A stretch of DNA of 52,146 nucleotides. It comes from Chiloscyllium plagiosum (lineage: Eukaryota). A program made the translations under genes and the position numbers. The stretch's first letter is position 1, and every line of letters starts with the position of its first letter. The notes under the pieces were generated by a model. That model ran no database searches. It saw nothing but the letters and a program-made list of their open reading frames with translations, and was not told the DNA's origin. Where the stretch lies: contig NC_057753.1 of the NCBI RefSeq assembly GCF_004010195.1, forward strand, positions 10,816,858 to 10,869,003, in the 5' to 3' direction. Positions 34,901-48,115 of the stretch are shown in pieces.

Positions 34901-36244
34901 ATAAAAGGAAGAAGTGTATTTCCATGGTGTGTATCTCTATGTTTATTTGATAACAAATGCTTTATTTCTGTTGATGAAAATATTGTTATAAATCGTAGCT
35001 GAGTACTAATAGATGTAAGGGGCAGAGAATTCCTAAAGCAGGGCATGATAAGAATCCTGAGAGAATCATATTTCTGATTAACTTGCTAATGAACAAACAT
35101 TAACCACTAGCACCAACTATGTATTTATTTCTCATTTGGTTCCCTTTTCTTGTTTTATTCACCGCTATGATGACACTCTCTGTCTGAATGGTTGATAAAC
35201 TTTGAGATTGTGGGCTGGGTCTTGATTGACTGAACGTTTTATTGAAGATGTAAAAGGGGGCGTCAAAGTTTCATCAGAATTCCAGCAGAGCTGAGAACAG
35301 ATGACATGTCATTGTAGGAATAGGGAGATCAACAGAGGACAGGGAAATCAGGACCTGAAATCCGAGCTGACACCAGGCTACCCTGTGATCAGCGCTTTGA
35401 TTAGCAGTGCCAACCCTCTACCTTTACCTAGCTTCCCATTCAACTTGAATGCAAAATACCCCCTTATATTCAGGATGCAAGTGAAGTAGTGTCTTTGGAA
35501 GGAATCTCAGCTCAATTATTCTCTTCAATGTGTGCAGCAATTCATTCACTTTTGTTACAATGCAGCACACATTCAGACACAGTCTTTAGTTTCAATTATT
35601 GTCATCTACAGAATCCAGATTTGATTGCTGGTACATTTACTTCCTTGTCCCTTTGTATCGTACGTTGATGTTTATTTTCCACATCACTACATTAGCTCAG
35701 ACAATGCATTAAAGGTGTGAGTTCCAAGTTGGTCTATATCCCAATTTAGAGGCAGACTGGTTCTATTTCTGAAGTGGAATTTACAAAATATTACATGCAT
35801 TGACTGCCTGAAGATTGTGCATTATTTGAGCAAAATAGAATGTATTTGCAAATGTGTGTGTGTGTGCGCATAAAAGGAAGAAGTGTATTTCCATGGTGTG
35901 TATCTCTATGTCTATTTGATAACAAATGCTTTATTTCTGTTGATGAAAATATTGTTATAAATCATAGCTGAGTACTAATAGATGTAAGGGGCAGAGAATT
36001 CCTAAAGCAGGGCATGATAAGAATCCTGAGAGAATCGTATTTCTGATTAACTTGCTAATGAACAAACATTAACCACGAGCACCAACTATGTATTTATTTC
36101 TCATTTGGTTCCCTTTTCTTGTTTTATTCACCGCTGTGATGACACTCTCTGTCTGAATGGTTGATAGACTTGGAGATTGTGGGCTGGGTCTTGATTGACT
36201 GAACGTTTTATTGAAGATGTAAAAGGGGGGGTCAAAGTTCCATC
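34727..36244 (+). repeat. Near-identical ~550-bp direct repeat (34727-35275 vs 35696-36244)
   Basis: Visible alignment with few substitutions; the second copy ends at a gap. Confidence 0.9.
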
Positions 36245-37094
36245 NNNNNNNNNNNNNNNNNNNNNNNNNNNNNNNNNNNNNNNNNNNNNNNNNNNNNNNN
36301 NNNNNNNNNNNNNNNNNNNNNNNNNNNNNNNNNNNNNNNNNNNNNNNNNNNNNNNNNNNNNNNNNNNNNNNNNNNNNNNNNNNNNNNNNNNNNNNNNNNN
36401 NNNNNNNNNNNNNNNNNNNNNNNNNNNNNNNNNNNNNNNNNNNNNNNNNNNNNNNNNNNNNNNNNNNNNNNNNNNNNNNNNNNNNNNNNNNNNNNNNNNN
36501 NNNNNNNNNNNNNNNNNNNNNNNNNNNNNNNNNNNNNNNNNNNNNNNNNNNNNNNNNNNNNNNNNNNNNNNNNNNNNNNNNNNNNNNNNNNNNNNNNNNN
36601 NNNNNNNNNNNNNNNNNNNNNNNNNNNNNNNNNNNNNNNNNNNNNNNNNNNNNNNNNNNNNNNNNNNNNNNNNNNNNNNNNNNNNNNNNNNNNNNNNNNN
36701 NNNNNNNNNNNNNNNNNNNNNNNNNNNNNNNNNNNNNNNNNNNNTGTGGTGCAGGTGTCCTCATGTCTCTCCATATTAGAGGATTGGCTGACTCCTCACC
36801 CAGACAGGACAGGGATACAGTTTCTCCTCACTGAATGGTGGAATGTTTTTCAGGCTGTGGAACTGGCGCAGGACCTGTCCACGGTCAGTTCATTGGGCAC
36901 ACTGACGTTTGCAAACTTTTCCCACAGACAAACATTGACAATTCATTGGTTTTCAACTCCTGGTGAGATGATTCTAAGATCTTGATAGGATTTTTGTTTG
37001 GAATTCTTGCTGGTAAACGTGCTTCTGTGATTTGCTGTAAAACAATTTAAAACCAGGAAAAAAAAAAGTGTTTAAGATACTAAAGGAGATTGTT

Positions 37095-37375
37095 GAGAAT
37101 CATAGAAACCCTACAGTGGGGAAACAGTCCATAAGTCTGAATAGCAGACTTAGGCACACAGACCCACCGCCAACCCTGCATTCCCCATAGCTAATCCATT
37201 TAGCCTGCACATAATGGGCAATTTAGCACAGCCAATCCACCTAACCTGCATATCTTTGTGTTGTGGAAGGAAACCAGTGCACATGGATCTCCCTGCAGAC
37301 AGTCACCCAAGGCTGGAATCGAACATGTGTCCCTTGAGCTGAGAGGCAGCAATGCTAACCACTGAGCCACCATAG
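37095..37375 (-). mobile_element. HE1-like SINE
   Basis: Reverse A box (GCTAACCACTGAGCCACCAT) and HE1 body. Confidence 0.85.
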
Positions 37376-37619
37376 AATTCATTAAATATAGCAATTTGTG
37401 TGAAAGACACTCAAATAGTGACCATGAAAAGTTACTGGATTGCTATTAAAAAGTCAACTAATTCACAAATGTCCTTGAGGGAAGGCGACCCACTGCCTGT
37501 CCTGGGCGTCCACAAGACTCAGCCCTCAATGACAGCAGAGAGGGTGGGAGCAGAGGGATACTTAAGGACACAATTTCCTCCATCTTCATCACAAGACTAA
37601 CTGCGACGGATCCACCCCA

Positions 37620-37947
37620 CTGTTGGAATATTGTGTGCAATTCTGGTCTCCTTCATGTCGGAAAGATGTTGTGAAATGTGAAAGGGCTCAGAGAAGATTT
37701 ACAAGGATGTTGCCAGGGTTGGAGGATTTGAGCTATAGGAAGAGACTGAACAGGCTGGGACTGTTTTCCCTGGAGCGTTGGAGGCTGAGGGGTGACCTTA
37801 TAGGGGTTTACAAAATTATGAGGGGCATAGATAGGGTAAATAGGCAAAGTCTTTTTCCTGGGGTAGGAGAGTCCAGAACTAGAGGGCATAGGTTTATGGT
37901 GAGGGGGGAAAAATATAAAAGAGACCTAAGGACCAACTTTTTCACGC
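37620..37947 (+). mobile_element. CR1 ORF2 C-terminal fragment
   Basis: LEYCVQFWSP..RLRGDLIGVYKIMRG..TRGHRF. Confidence 0.92.
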
Positions 37948-39899
37948 ATCATCTAAAATACTTCTTCCAAAAACATATTCCTGAGCTTTGAACAGACACC
38001 TTCAGTTTAGCAACTAACCCTGGCAAGATTTGCCGCGACAGCCTCACCTTGGAAGTTACTGGAGCCGATCAGTCTCAGCAAGTGCTGGGGGTTAAACCCA
38101 GCAGTTACTCCTCATTCCAACAGACAAAAGTTGGCGCAACAGGGGGGAAATCTGCAAGAAAGTCAAAGTTCTGGAAACTGTCAGCAGCTCAGGCAGTATC
38201 TCTTAAGGAGAGACTGAAAGTGAGCATTGCAACTTACTAATCTTCGGTCTTCAAGAGCCAACCGTTCCAAAGCCTCTCCTTCTCGATGCAGGAGAGACAA
38301 ACGTTTCTTTTGGTTTGAGTTGGCTGCAAGTAAATCCTTTGACTCCCACCCCATGTAAAAGGAATTTCCCAGGGCTCAGTATTAACTCCAGTACAGATAA
38401 TTTCCACCAGGTTGTTCCTGAACCCATCCAATCCCTCCCTTCAGTTCTGCGCCTACACTGCGCATACTCTGTAAACAGCATTCATTCACCCTGATCAGTT
38501 CGAGGACCAGCCAATCACAAAATGTCATCCTGCGCTGCCCCTCTTTCTATTGGCCAGAACATGCCGTCAATCACCCAGGAACTGAAGTATGAGCAGTGCA
38601 GGAATGACGTTCGGATCATAAGACGCATTTCCAATTGTACACATGTATTAAAAGGAAAGAAATTTAGCTCATTTCTATTTCCTCCCAGGGAGAAGGGAGA
38701 GGTATTTTTTTTTATATGTATGCCTGAGCTGGTGTGGGTTTATTGTCCATCCCTCATTGTCTGGAGGGCGATGAAGAGTCAACCACAATATTGTAGGTCA
38801 AACCGGTGAAAGGTGAGCTCAACGGTATTTTACAATAACTGACAGAGTCCAGCTTTTTAATGACTTAACGTTTCACCCTTATGTGGCCTTGCGGGATTTG
38901 AACGTCTCTCCCAAGGGTCATGGATGACGAGCTGAAAATGTGTTGCTGGAAAAGCGCAGCAGGTCAGGCAGCATCCAAGGAGCAGGAGAATCGAAGTTTC
39001 GGTCATGAGCCTTTCTTCAGGAAAGATGACGAGACAAGTTATAGTGAGACAAAGCCACTGTCGCCTGGGACAGGAATTTCCAGCTTTGGTCAACAAGAGT
39101 ATACAATGTCCCAGGGAAACCGGAATTATCTGTTCAGAACTTCTATCCTGAACTGACAGGAATAACTTTTGTAAAACTTCTCTCACAGCATTTTAAAGGA
39201 GATTTACAAATGAAAAGAATCATAATTCTTAAGTCTGTGTTGACTAATACTTCCGTCATGTAGAATAAAACCCAACTGTTCATTAAACCAAACGCCCAGA
39301 AAAGGTCACCTTACCTCAAAGTCTGTTAAAATGTGACACTATTCCACTATTTAAAGAAAAATAATTGTTTTTAAAACTGTAACAGTGAACATTAAACAAA
39401 AACTATTCACAAATCCAATCCCCCTCATTAATTATTATCTAACACTGACTCTATAGAATAATATGCTATTCTAATAGCATTTATTAAACATTACATTAAC
39501 TCACGGCTNNNNNNNNNNNNNNNNNNNNNNNNNNNNNNNNNNNNNNNNNNNNNNNNNNNNNNNNNNNNNNNNNNNNNNNNNNNNNNNNNNNNNNNNNNNN
39601 NNNNNNNNNNNNNNNNNNNNNNNNNNNNNNNNNNNNNNNNNNNNNNNNNNNNNNNNNNNNNNNNNNNNNNNNNNNNNNNNNNNNNNNNNNNNNNNNNNNN
39701 NNNNNNNNNNNNNNNNNNNNNNNNNNNNNNNNNNNNNNNNNNNNNNNNNNNNNNNNNNNNNNNNNNNNNNNNNNNNNNNNNNNNNNNNNNNNNNNNNNNN
39801 NNNNNNNNNNNNNNNNNNNNNNNNNNNNNNNNNNNNNNNNNNNNNNNNNNNNNNNNNNNNNNNNNNNNNNNNNNNNNNNNNNNNNNNNNNNNNNNNNNN

Positions 39900-40020
39900 G
39901 CTGGAAATTAATTGATGCAGTCACATTAGAAAGATGTTTTTTACTGCTCTACACTTGGGAAGGGTTTCCGTGTTATCCATCCTCCAGAAACACCTGCTTA
40001 TTCACGGAGGAGATACTGTT
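39900..40020 (+). pseudogene. C2H2 ZNF remnant (paralog of 11878-12000)
   Basis: Aligns to the 11.9-kb ZNF pseudogene; LGKGFRVIHPPETPA / LQKHLLIH remnants. Confidence 0.75.
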
Positions 40021-40464
40021 CAGTTTTCCTTCCTGTGGCGAGCGTTTGGGTATCACCAAGCTCACTCAGGTACTGACCTGATTCTAGCCTTGGTTAAAAC
40101 ATGGACAAAAGAGCTGAATCCGAGAGGTGAAATGAGAGTGACAGCCCTTGCCCTCAAGGCTGTATTTGACCCAGTGTGGCATCAAGGAGCTTTGATTAGA
40201 TTCCAGTCTGTACTTACTCTTGTGTATGTTTCTCTGTGTATAAATCATCCCGATCTCCTTGATTAGATTCCAGTCTGTAAAAGTCACTCCTGATTAGATT
40301 ATAACCTGTACTTCGACCCCTGTTTTCTGTTACAATGTATGTAATCATGCCGATCGCCTCGATCAAATTTCCGTCTGTCACTCACTCCTGATTGTGATTT
40401 TCTGCCTGTTAACAACCCCATTCCTCGATTAGATTCAAGTCCATAAAACCCTCCTATGAGTCTA

Positions 40465-43400
40465 GCTACCCTTTGGCAACTTTGTTTGTATTCATTTTTA
40501 ACTTTTAGTACTGACCAATCAAAAATCCCTCCGTCTGAAGTTATAACATGATCTGTCATGGCTTATGTCTTACCCAGCATGCCATGCGAATGTGATAGTG
40601 CCCCATTTTCAATGCAGGCGGCCTACGAGCAAGCGCATGGGGTGGAGTCGGGATCATGTGCACTGAGGGTCCGGAGGTAGGAAGAGAGAATGATGTTAAC
40701 TGCTGTCCTACATTTACCGTGATGGTTCCTGGAAACTCTTTTCACGGGGAAAGAGAGGGAGCATTTCCAGACTTTTCCTCGAGTAATGTTTGACTGGAGT
40801 CGTGCAGTGAGTCTTTCTAATCTCTGTCTCACTCACTTGATAATTTTGGTGGTTTGTAGTTCACTGCGAATGTTAGGCTGCACTCCTCAATCTTCTGCAT
40901 TTATCTTACTCAGACATGGGACCTGAACGTCGTTAGCATCTATTTGCCATCCCTCATTGTGCAATTGAGTTCCAGACTTCAGACTCTTGGCGTTCGATGT
41001 CAGCTTGAATGAGAATGTTGGGCATTTACTGAGCTGTTTGAATTAAGAGGCACAGAGAAGATGACAGAGATAGCAAGGGACAAGACTATGAGCAAAGATT
41101 GGCATTTTATAATGGAACTTCTGCATTACCAGGAGCCTGTGTAGACCAGCAGGCACAGTAATCATAGGTTAAATGAGCTGGGTGTGAGGAAGGCGAGAAC
41201 CAGCTCTGGAATGAAACTAGGTCACTGGACCTGAAACGTTGACTGTACTGTCTGTCCATAGATGCTGCCAGACCTACTGAGGTTCTCCAGCAATTTTTGT
41301 TTCTGTTTCAAATTTCCAACATCTGCAGTTATTTATTTCTTCTTTATTGATCTGGATGATCTGTTGTTTGGGGGAATACAATGTTGCAGCACTTGGTGTG
41401 TGACAGAAGAATCAAACTCAGAGGTGACAAATGCATAGATGTAATTTTCAGAAACAGATGAGCAGATATGGGCAGAGTCAAATATTATTCCTGAGGTTTA
41501 AAGAGGTGGTCATAATTCAAGTGTGGAAATGTTGTTGGAAGTTCATCAGGGAGGAGAGTCATAGAGATCGACAGCATGGAAACAGACCCTTCGGGCCAAC
41601 TCATACATGCTGACCAGATATCTAGTCCCACCTGCCAGCACCCAACCCATATCCCTCCAAACCCTTCCTATTCATATACCCATCCAAATGCCTCTCTTAA
41701 TTGTTGTAATTGTAACCGCCTCCACCATTTCCTCTGGCAGCTCATTCCCTTCACGTACCACCCTCNNNNNNNNNNNNNNNNNNNNNNNNNNNNNNNNNNN
41801 NNNNNNNNNNNNNNNNNNNNNNNNNNNNNNNNNNNNNNNNNNNNNNNNNNNNNNNNNNNNNNNNNNNNNNNNNNNNNNNNNNNNNNNNNNNNNNNNNNNN
41901 NNNNNNNNNNNNNNNNNNNNNNNNNNNNNNNNNNNNNNNNNNNNNNNNNNNNNNNNNNNNNNNNNNNNNNNNNNNNNNNNNNNNNNNNNNNNNNNNNNNN
42001 NNNNNNNNNNNNNNNNNNNNNNNNNNNNNNNNNNNNNNNNNNNNNNNNNNNNNNNNNNNNNNNNNNNNNNNNNNNNNNNNNNNNNNNNNNNNNNNNNNNN
42101 NNNNNNNNNNNNNNNNNNNNNNNNNNNNNNNNNNNNNNNNNNNNNNNNNNNNNNNNNNNNNNNNNNNNNNNNNNNNNNNNNNNNNNNNNNNNNNNNNNNN
42201 GCTACCCTTTGGCAACTTTGTTTGTATTCATTTTTAACTTTTAGTACTGACCAATCAAAGATCCCTCCGTCTGAAGTTATACCATGATCTGTCATGGCTT
42301 TTGCCTTACCCAGCATGCCATGCGAATGTGACAGTGCCCCATTTTCAATGCAGGCGGCCTACGAGCAAGCGCATGGGGTGGAGTCGGGATCATGTGCACT
42401 GATGGTCCGGAGGCAGGAAGAGAGAATGATGTTATCTGCTGTCCTACATTGACCGTGATGGTTCCTGGAAACTCTTTTCACGGGGGAAGAGGGAGCATTT
42501 CCAGACTTTTCCTCGAGTAATGTTTGACTGGAGTCGTGTGGTGAGTCTTTCTAATCTCTGTCTCACTCACTTGATAATTTTGGTGGTTTGTAGTTCACTG
42601 CGAATGTTAGGCTGCACTCCTGTCTTCTGCATTTATCTTACTCAGACATGGGACCTGAACGTCGTTAGCATCTATTTGCCATCCCTCATTGTGCAATTGA
42701 GTTCCAGACTTCAGACTCTTGGCGTTCGATGTCAGCTTGAATGAGAATGTTGGGCATTTACTGAGCTGTTTGAATTAAGAGGCACAGAGAAGATGATAGA
42801 GATAGCAAGGGACAAGACTATGAGCAAAGATTGGCATTTTATAATGGAACTTCTGCATTACCAGGAGCCTGTGTAGACCAGCAGGCACAGGAATCATAGG
42901 CTGGGTGTGAGGAAGGCGAGAACCAGCTCTGGAATGAAACTAGGTCACTGGACCTGAAACGTTGACTGTACTGTCTGTCCATAGATGCTGCCAGACCTAC
43001 TGAGGTTCTCCAGCAATTTTTGTTTCTGGTTCAAATTTCCAACATCTGCAGTTATTTATTTCTTGTTTATTGATCTGGATGATCTGTTGTTTGGGGGAAT
43101 ACAATGTTGCAGCCCTTGGTGTGTGACAGAAGAAACAAACTCAGAGGTGACAAATGCATAGATGTAATTTTCAGAAGCAGATGAGCAGATATGGGCAGAG
43201 TCAAATATTATTCCTGAGGTTTAAAGAGGTGGTCATAATTCAAGTGTGGATATGTTGTTGCAATTTCATCAGGGAGGAGAGTCATAGAGATGTACAGCAT
43301 GGAAACAGACCCTTCGGTCCAACTCATACATGCTGACCAGATATCCCAATCCAATCTAGTCCCACCTGCCAGCACCCAACCCATATCCCTCCAAACCCTT

Positions 43401-43500
43401 CCTATTCATATACCCATCCAAATGCCTCTTTTAATTGTTGTAATTGTAACAGCCTCCACCATTTCCTCTGGCAGCTCATTCCATACACGTACCACCCTCT
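40465..43500 (+). repeat. Near-identical ~1.3-kb direct repeat flanking a gap (40465-41765 vs 42201-43500)
   Basis: Visible alignment with scattered SNPs and short indels on either side of N-run 41766-42200. Confidence 0.92.
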
Positions 43501-43961
43501 GTGTGTAAAAGTTGCCTCTTTGGTCTTTTTTATATCTTTCCCTCTCACCCTAAACCTATGCTCTCTCGTTCTGGACTCCCTGACCTCAGGGAAAAGACTT
43601 TGCCTATTTACCCTATCCATGCCCCTCGTAGTTTTGTAAACCCCTATAAGGTCACCCCTCAGCCTCCAATGCTGGGAAAACAGCCCCAGCCTGTTCGGCC
43701 TCTCCCTGTAGCTCAGATCCTCCAATCCTGGCAACGTCCTTGTAAATCTTTTCTGAACCCTTTCAAGTTTCACATCTTTCCGATAGGAAGGAGACCAGAA
43801 TTGCACGCAATATTCCAACAGTGGCCTAACCAATGTCCTGTACAGCCGGAACGTGACCTCCCAGCTCCTGTACTCAATACTCTGACCAATAAAGGAAAGC
43901 ATACCAAACGCTGCCTTCACTATCCTATCTACCTGCGACTCCACTTTCAAGGAGCTATGAA
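43278..43961 (-). mobile_element. HER1/CR1 3' part
   Basis: LYRTLVRPLLEYCVQFWSP..RLRGDLIGVYK. Confidence 0.93.
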
Positions 43962-44174
43962 NNNNNNNNNNNNNNNNNNNNNNNNNNNNNNNNNNNNNNN
44001 NNNNNNNNNNNNNNNNNNNNNNNNNNNNNNNNNNGGAGAGATTGGGATTTTCTCACATCCCCCTACATGCGAGATTCTATCATCATCTCCTGTGGTTATC
44101 TGACTTACAGACAGACCGCTTGTTTGTTCGAGCTGATCTTTCTCTGCAGGTGTAACAGAACATTCTGCATTCTC

Positions 44175-44570
44175 ATAGAATCCCTACAGGGTGGAAGCAG
44201 GCCCTTCAGCCCAACAACGCCACACTGACCCTCTGAAGAGTAACCCACCCAGACCCATTCTATTACACTACATTTCCCCCTGACTAATCCACCCTAACCT
44301 GCACATCCCTGAGTGCTAGGAGACAATTTACCACAGTCAATCCACCCTAACCTGCACATCTCTGGGCACTATGGGACAATTTAGCATGGTCAATCCACCC
44401 GGACCTACACATTATTTCTGATTGTGGGAGGAAATCTGAGCACCCAGAGGAAACCCATGCAGACACTGGGAGAATGTGCAAACTCCACACAGACACTCGC
44501 CCGAGACTGGAATCGAACCCAGATCTCTGGTGCTGTGAGGCAGCGGCACTAACCACTGAGCCACCATGCC
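44175..44570 (-). mobile_element. HE1 SINE, full length with internal repeats
   Basis: Reverse A and B boxes at ~44510-44568 plus HE1 core. Confidence 0.9.
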
Positions 44571-44749
44571 TGTTGAGTACTTGTTGAGTTCTATTATCCT
44601 GATGTCCTTATGTAAGGTATGTGTTGCCTGGATAGCATGAGACAATACTTGGCAGTGTCTCACAGTAATAATAAAGCAAATGTAGCCCAGGTGCAAAGTA
44701 GATCCTCACTGCTCACTTCCCATTGCTTGCCAGACTAATGGATAGCATG

Positions 44750-45180
44750 CACAGTCATCCAGCACAGCAACAGACCCTATGGTCCAACCAGTCCAGCTGA
44801 ACATAACCCCAAACCAAACCAATCCCACCTGGCTCCAATTCGTGTCCCCTCCAAACATTTTTGGAACATTACAGGTGCCCACACCCATTACATCATCAGG
44901 ACATTCATTCCAGATGTGACCCACCCGACATGTCAAACAATTTGCCCCTTGTCTTTTTTTTAAACCTCTCTTCTGTCACATTAAAAACCTGCTTCTCATT
45001 TTGAAACCCCCTCATGAAAAGACACCCACCGTGAACTCTTGTCTCGACCCCTCCTGATTTCAGGAAACCTCTGTCACCTCCTTCCCCCATAAACTCAAAC
45101 CCTCTATTCCGGGCAACTTCCTGGGAAATCCCTCTGGAGCCCTCTCCAGCTTTGTAAAAGTCTTTCCTGCCAGGAATGCT
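44750..45180 (-). mobile_element. Degenerate CR1 3' end
   Basis: ACAGCAACAGACCCTATGGTCCAACC tail and decayed ORF2 end. Confidence 0.65.
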
Positions 45181-45705
45181 CTGTGTGAAGCCTGAACTCA
45201 TGCACTAGCTGGTTTCAGAACAGTTTCTACCCTCCTGTTGTTAGAATACTGAATGGACTCACCAACTCTTAACATTTGCCTGTCCGTGTTTTTGTTTCTG
45301 CCGCTGTATACCTATTATTTACTATCTATGCTACTTAACTCTGTGATCTGCCAGTATTTCTCGCAAGACAGAGCTTTTCACTGTGCCTTGGTACACGTGG
45401 CAATAAATTCAAGTGCTGCCCGGGCACAAAATTGGAATGAAACACAGATGTTTCCTTTTGAGTTTTGGTAAGTATGGACTGTGGCAGTGTGGTCTAGTGA
45501 TGGGTAATAAATGCGGATTGAACCAAAGCACCCTGGAGCGACTGAAGGCTGGAATGCCAAATCCTTGCTGTTTTATCTTGGGAAGCCCCTCATGCCATCT
45601 CTCTGTGGGCACCGCTGGCGTTTCGCACCCATCTGCAAACAGTGCCTTGCTCAGCCATTTCATTTACAAAGGTTTAACATGGCTAGTTTAGCCTCACACA
45701 TTAGT

Positions 45706-46017
45706 GGGTGGCATGGTGGCACAGCGGTTAGCACTGCTGCCTCACACTGCCAGAGACCCGGGTTCAATTCCCGCCTCAGGCGACTTTCTGTGTGGAGTTT
45801 GCACGTTCTCCCCGTGTCTGCGTGGGTTTCCTCCGGGTGCTCTGATTTCCTCCCACAGTCCAAAGATGTGCAGGTCAGGTGAATTGGCCATACTAAATTG
45901 CCCGTCGTGTTAGGTAAGGGGTAAATGTAGGGGTATGGGTGGGTTATGCTTCGGCGGGTCGGTGTGGACTTGTTGGGCCGAAGGGCCTATTTCCACACTG
46001 TAATGTAATCTAATCTA
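45706..46017 (+). mobile_element. HE1 SINE, full length; absent from copy A
   Basis: A and B boxes, AATCT tail; the flanks join to match the empty site at ~13400-13425. Confidence 0.92.
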
Positions 46018-47199
46018 AAATTCGACATGAAGATGGAAGTGGTAGCCGGAGAGTGGTGTTTACAATGTGGTTTGGACACAATGGATTTGAACTTCTCATT
46101 CAATTGTGCAAGACTTACAAGTGTCTAGAAGTGGGTGTTGGGCAGGTCAAGACAATGCAAAATACAGGGAGAAACTTGAGGACAATTATTTTCACATATA
46201 CCTGCTTGTCTGGTTGAGATTTGGAAAGTTGTGTCAAATAATAATACCTAAAATGTCCACTCTTTCTTCCCTATCTCTCCCACTTCTCACTCTCTGTTTC
46301 TGTCACTCTCACTGTCTTTCCACCTTCAGGGATTGGAGTCATGTGGAAGTTCAGACCAAGAAGTAGAGTTTCTTCACTGAAGAACATAATTAAATCAGTG
46401 ACGATCCATCAACATTATGATTACTATTTCCTAGATTTGACCCCACAAATATCAAACTAATTCTGTGATTTTCTGATTTCTCAATCACTCCATGTTTAGG
46501 TTCAGATCACTTATAAAAAGTAGTGAACAGTAATTATTTACAGGTGAAGGAATAAAACCACACAACACCTGATTTCTCTGACCGAGAAATCCAATTTCTC
46601 ACATCCTGAACACCTGTTTCTGTTGGATTAACTGAAGCTTGCCCAGTCATAGATGCTGATATTTTGGATGAACATCAAATAAATTCACTTTTTGAAGCAG
46701 ATGAGCAATAAGTCTTTTTAATTTCTCTAACTCAAGGCCTCTCTTTTTCAAGAGTTGGCTCCCTCCAGTGTCTCCCCTGCCCCTCCCCACCCTATCCAAC
46801 AGTGAAAGAACTGACACCAACCATAGTACAGGGAGGGTAAAAACTGGGGATGGAGAAAAGAAATGTTAGCATTAAGTTTGGAAATTCAGCCCAGGGAGAA
46901 GTTATGGGTCAGGGATTTATAGCTTTGGCAGACCAAGAGATGGAAAAAAATGTTGTGTAGTAATTAGAGTTGCTTTTCCTGAAATTATTTTGTGTTCCTT
47001 TTCCAGCAAATTCAAGCTAAACTTCATGTCAAGGTCTGAATGATTCACTTGATTCAGCATGACGTGAACATTATTGGCCTTTGAATCTATCAAGAGAAAC
47101 TGTCCATAGAAGGCAATTTCAAATATCCGTGTGACTGGAAATGGACCGAGAACAACATCCACACATGCCCAAATGGGATGTCTCCTGACTTTTAAAAGA

Positions 47200-48115
47200 A
47201 CTGTAACCAGTGATTCAGCCTGAAAAGAAGCCATACCATTGCCAGTGCAGGGAAACCACACTCGTGATCTGTGTGAGGTCCCAGCTTCAGTTGATCTTCC
47301 AACCTGGAGAAACATAAGGAATAGTAAGTTTTGAAAAGATTTGCAGCTAAGGTTGAGGTTCTGGATAGAAGTTTGCTCACTGAGCTGGAAGGTTCATTTT
47401 CACACGTTTCGTCACCATACTAAGGAACATCATTAGAGAGTCTCCGGTGAAGCACTGTTGTTATGTCCCATTTGTGTTTAGGTTTCTTTGGGTTGATGAT
47501 GTCATTTGTTTTTCTTCTCAGAGCATGGTAGATGGGGTCGAAATTGATGTGTTTGTTGATAGAATGCCGGCTGGAATGCCATCCTTCTCAGAATTCTTAC
47601 GCATGTCTCTGTTTGGCTTGTCCTAGGATAGATGTTTTGTCCCAGTCAAAATGGTGTCATTCCTCATCTGTATGTAAAAATATTAGTGATAGTGGGTCAT
47701 GTCTTTCTGTGGCTAATTGATGTTCATGTATTGTGCTGGCTAGTTTTCTGCCTGTTTGTCTAATGTAGAGTTTGTTACAGTTCTTGAGAGGTATTTTGTA
47801 AATACTGTTCTGTATAAGGTATTTGAAGTTCATTAGTTGCTGATCCACCAGCGGGTCCACACTGGGGAGAAGCCATTCACCTGCTCCATCTGCAGGAAGT
47901 GGTTCACTCAGGTGGGCAACCTGTGGACCCACCAGAGGGTCCACACCCGAAAGAGGCCATTCACCCGCTCCAAGTGCGAGAAGGGGATCACGTGCTCAGC
48001 TAAGCTGCTGACCCACCAACAGGTCCACAACGGGAAGAGGCTGTTCACCCGCTCTGTGTGGGAAGGGATTTACCTGCTCCTCTCACCTACAGCGGCACCA
48101 TCGAGTTCACTTGCC
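47200..48115 (+). pseudogene. C2H2 ZNF pseudogene interrupted by a Penelope fragment
   Basis: N-terminal remnant (~47230-47320; SSNLEKHKE) and [36 protein letters not shown]..., with lost Cys residues and a frameshift. Confidence 0.88.
47325..47820 (-). mobile_element. Penelope-like element 3' end (GIY-YIG endonuclease, decayed hammerhead)
   Basis: SIYKIPLKNCNKLYIRQTGRKLASTIHEH; hammerhead-like motif ~47400-47440. Confidence 0.88.

Noticed and set aside
34727..36244. 550-bp direct repeat as LTR pair or recent duplication
   Set aside because: There are no TG..CA ends, PBS or PPT, and the second copy ends at a gap; it may be an assembly artefact.
40465..43500. 1.3-kb near-identical tandem duplication as a recent biological event
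   Set aside because: The copies flank an N gap and differ by SNPs and short indels, so uncollapsed haplotype overlap is the simpler explanation; unverified without reads.
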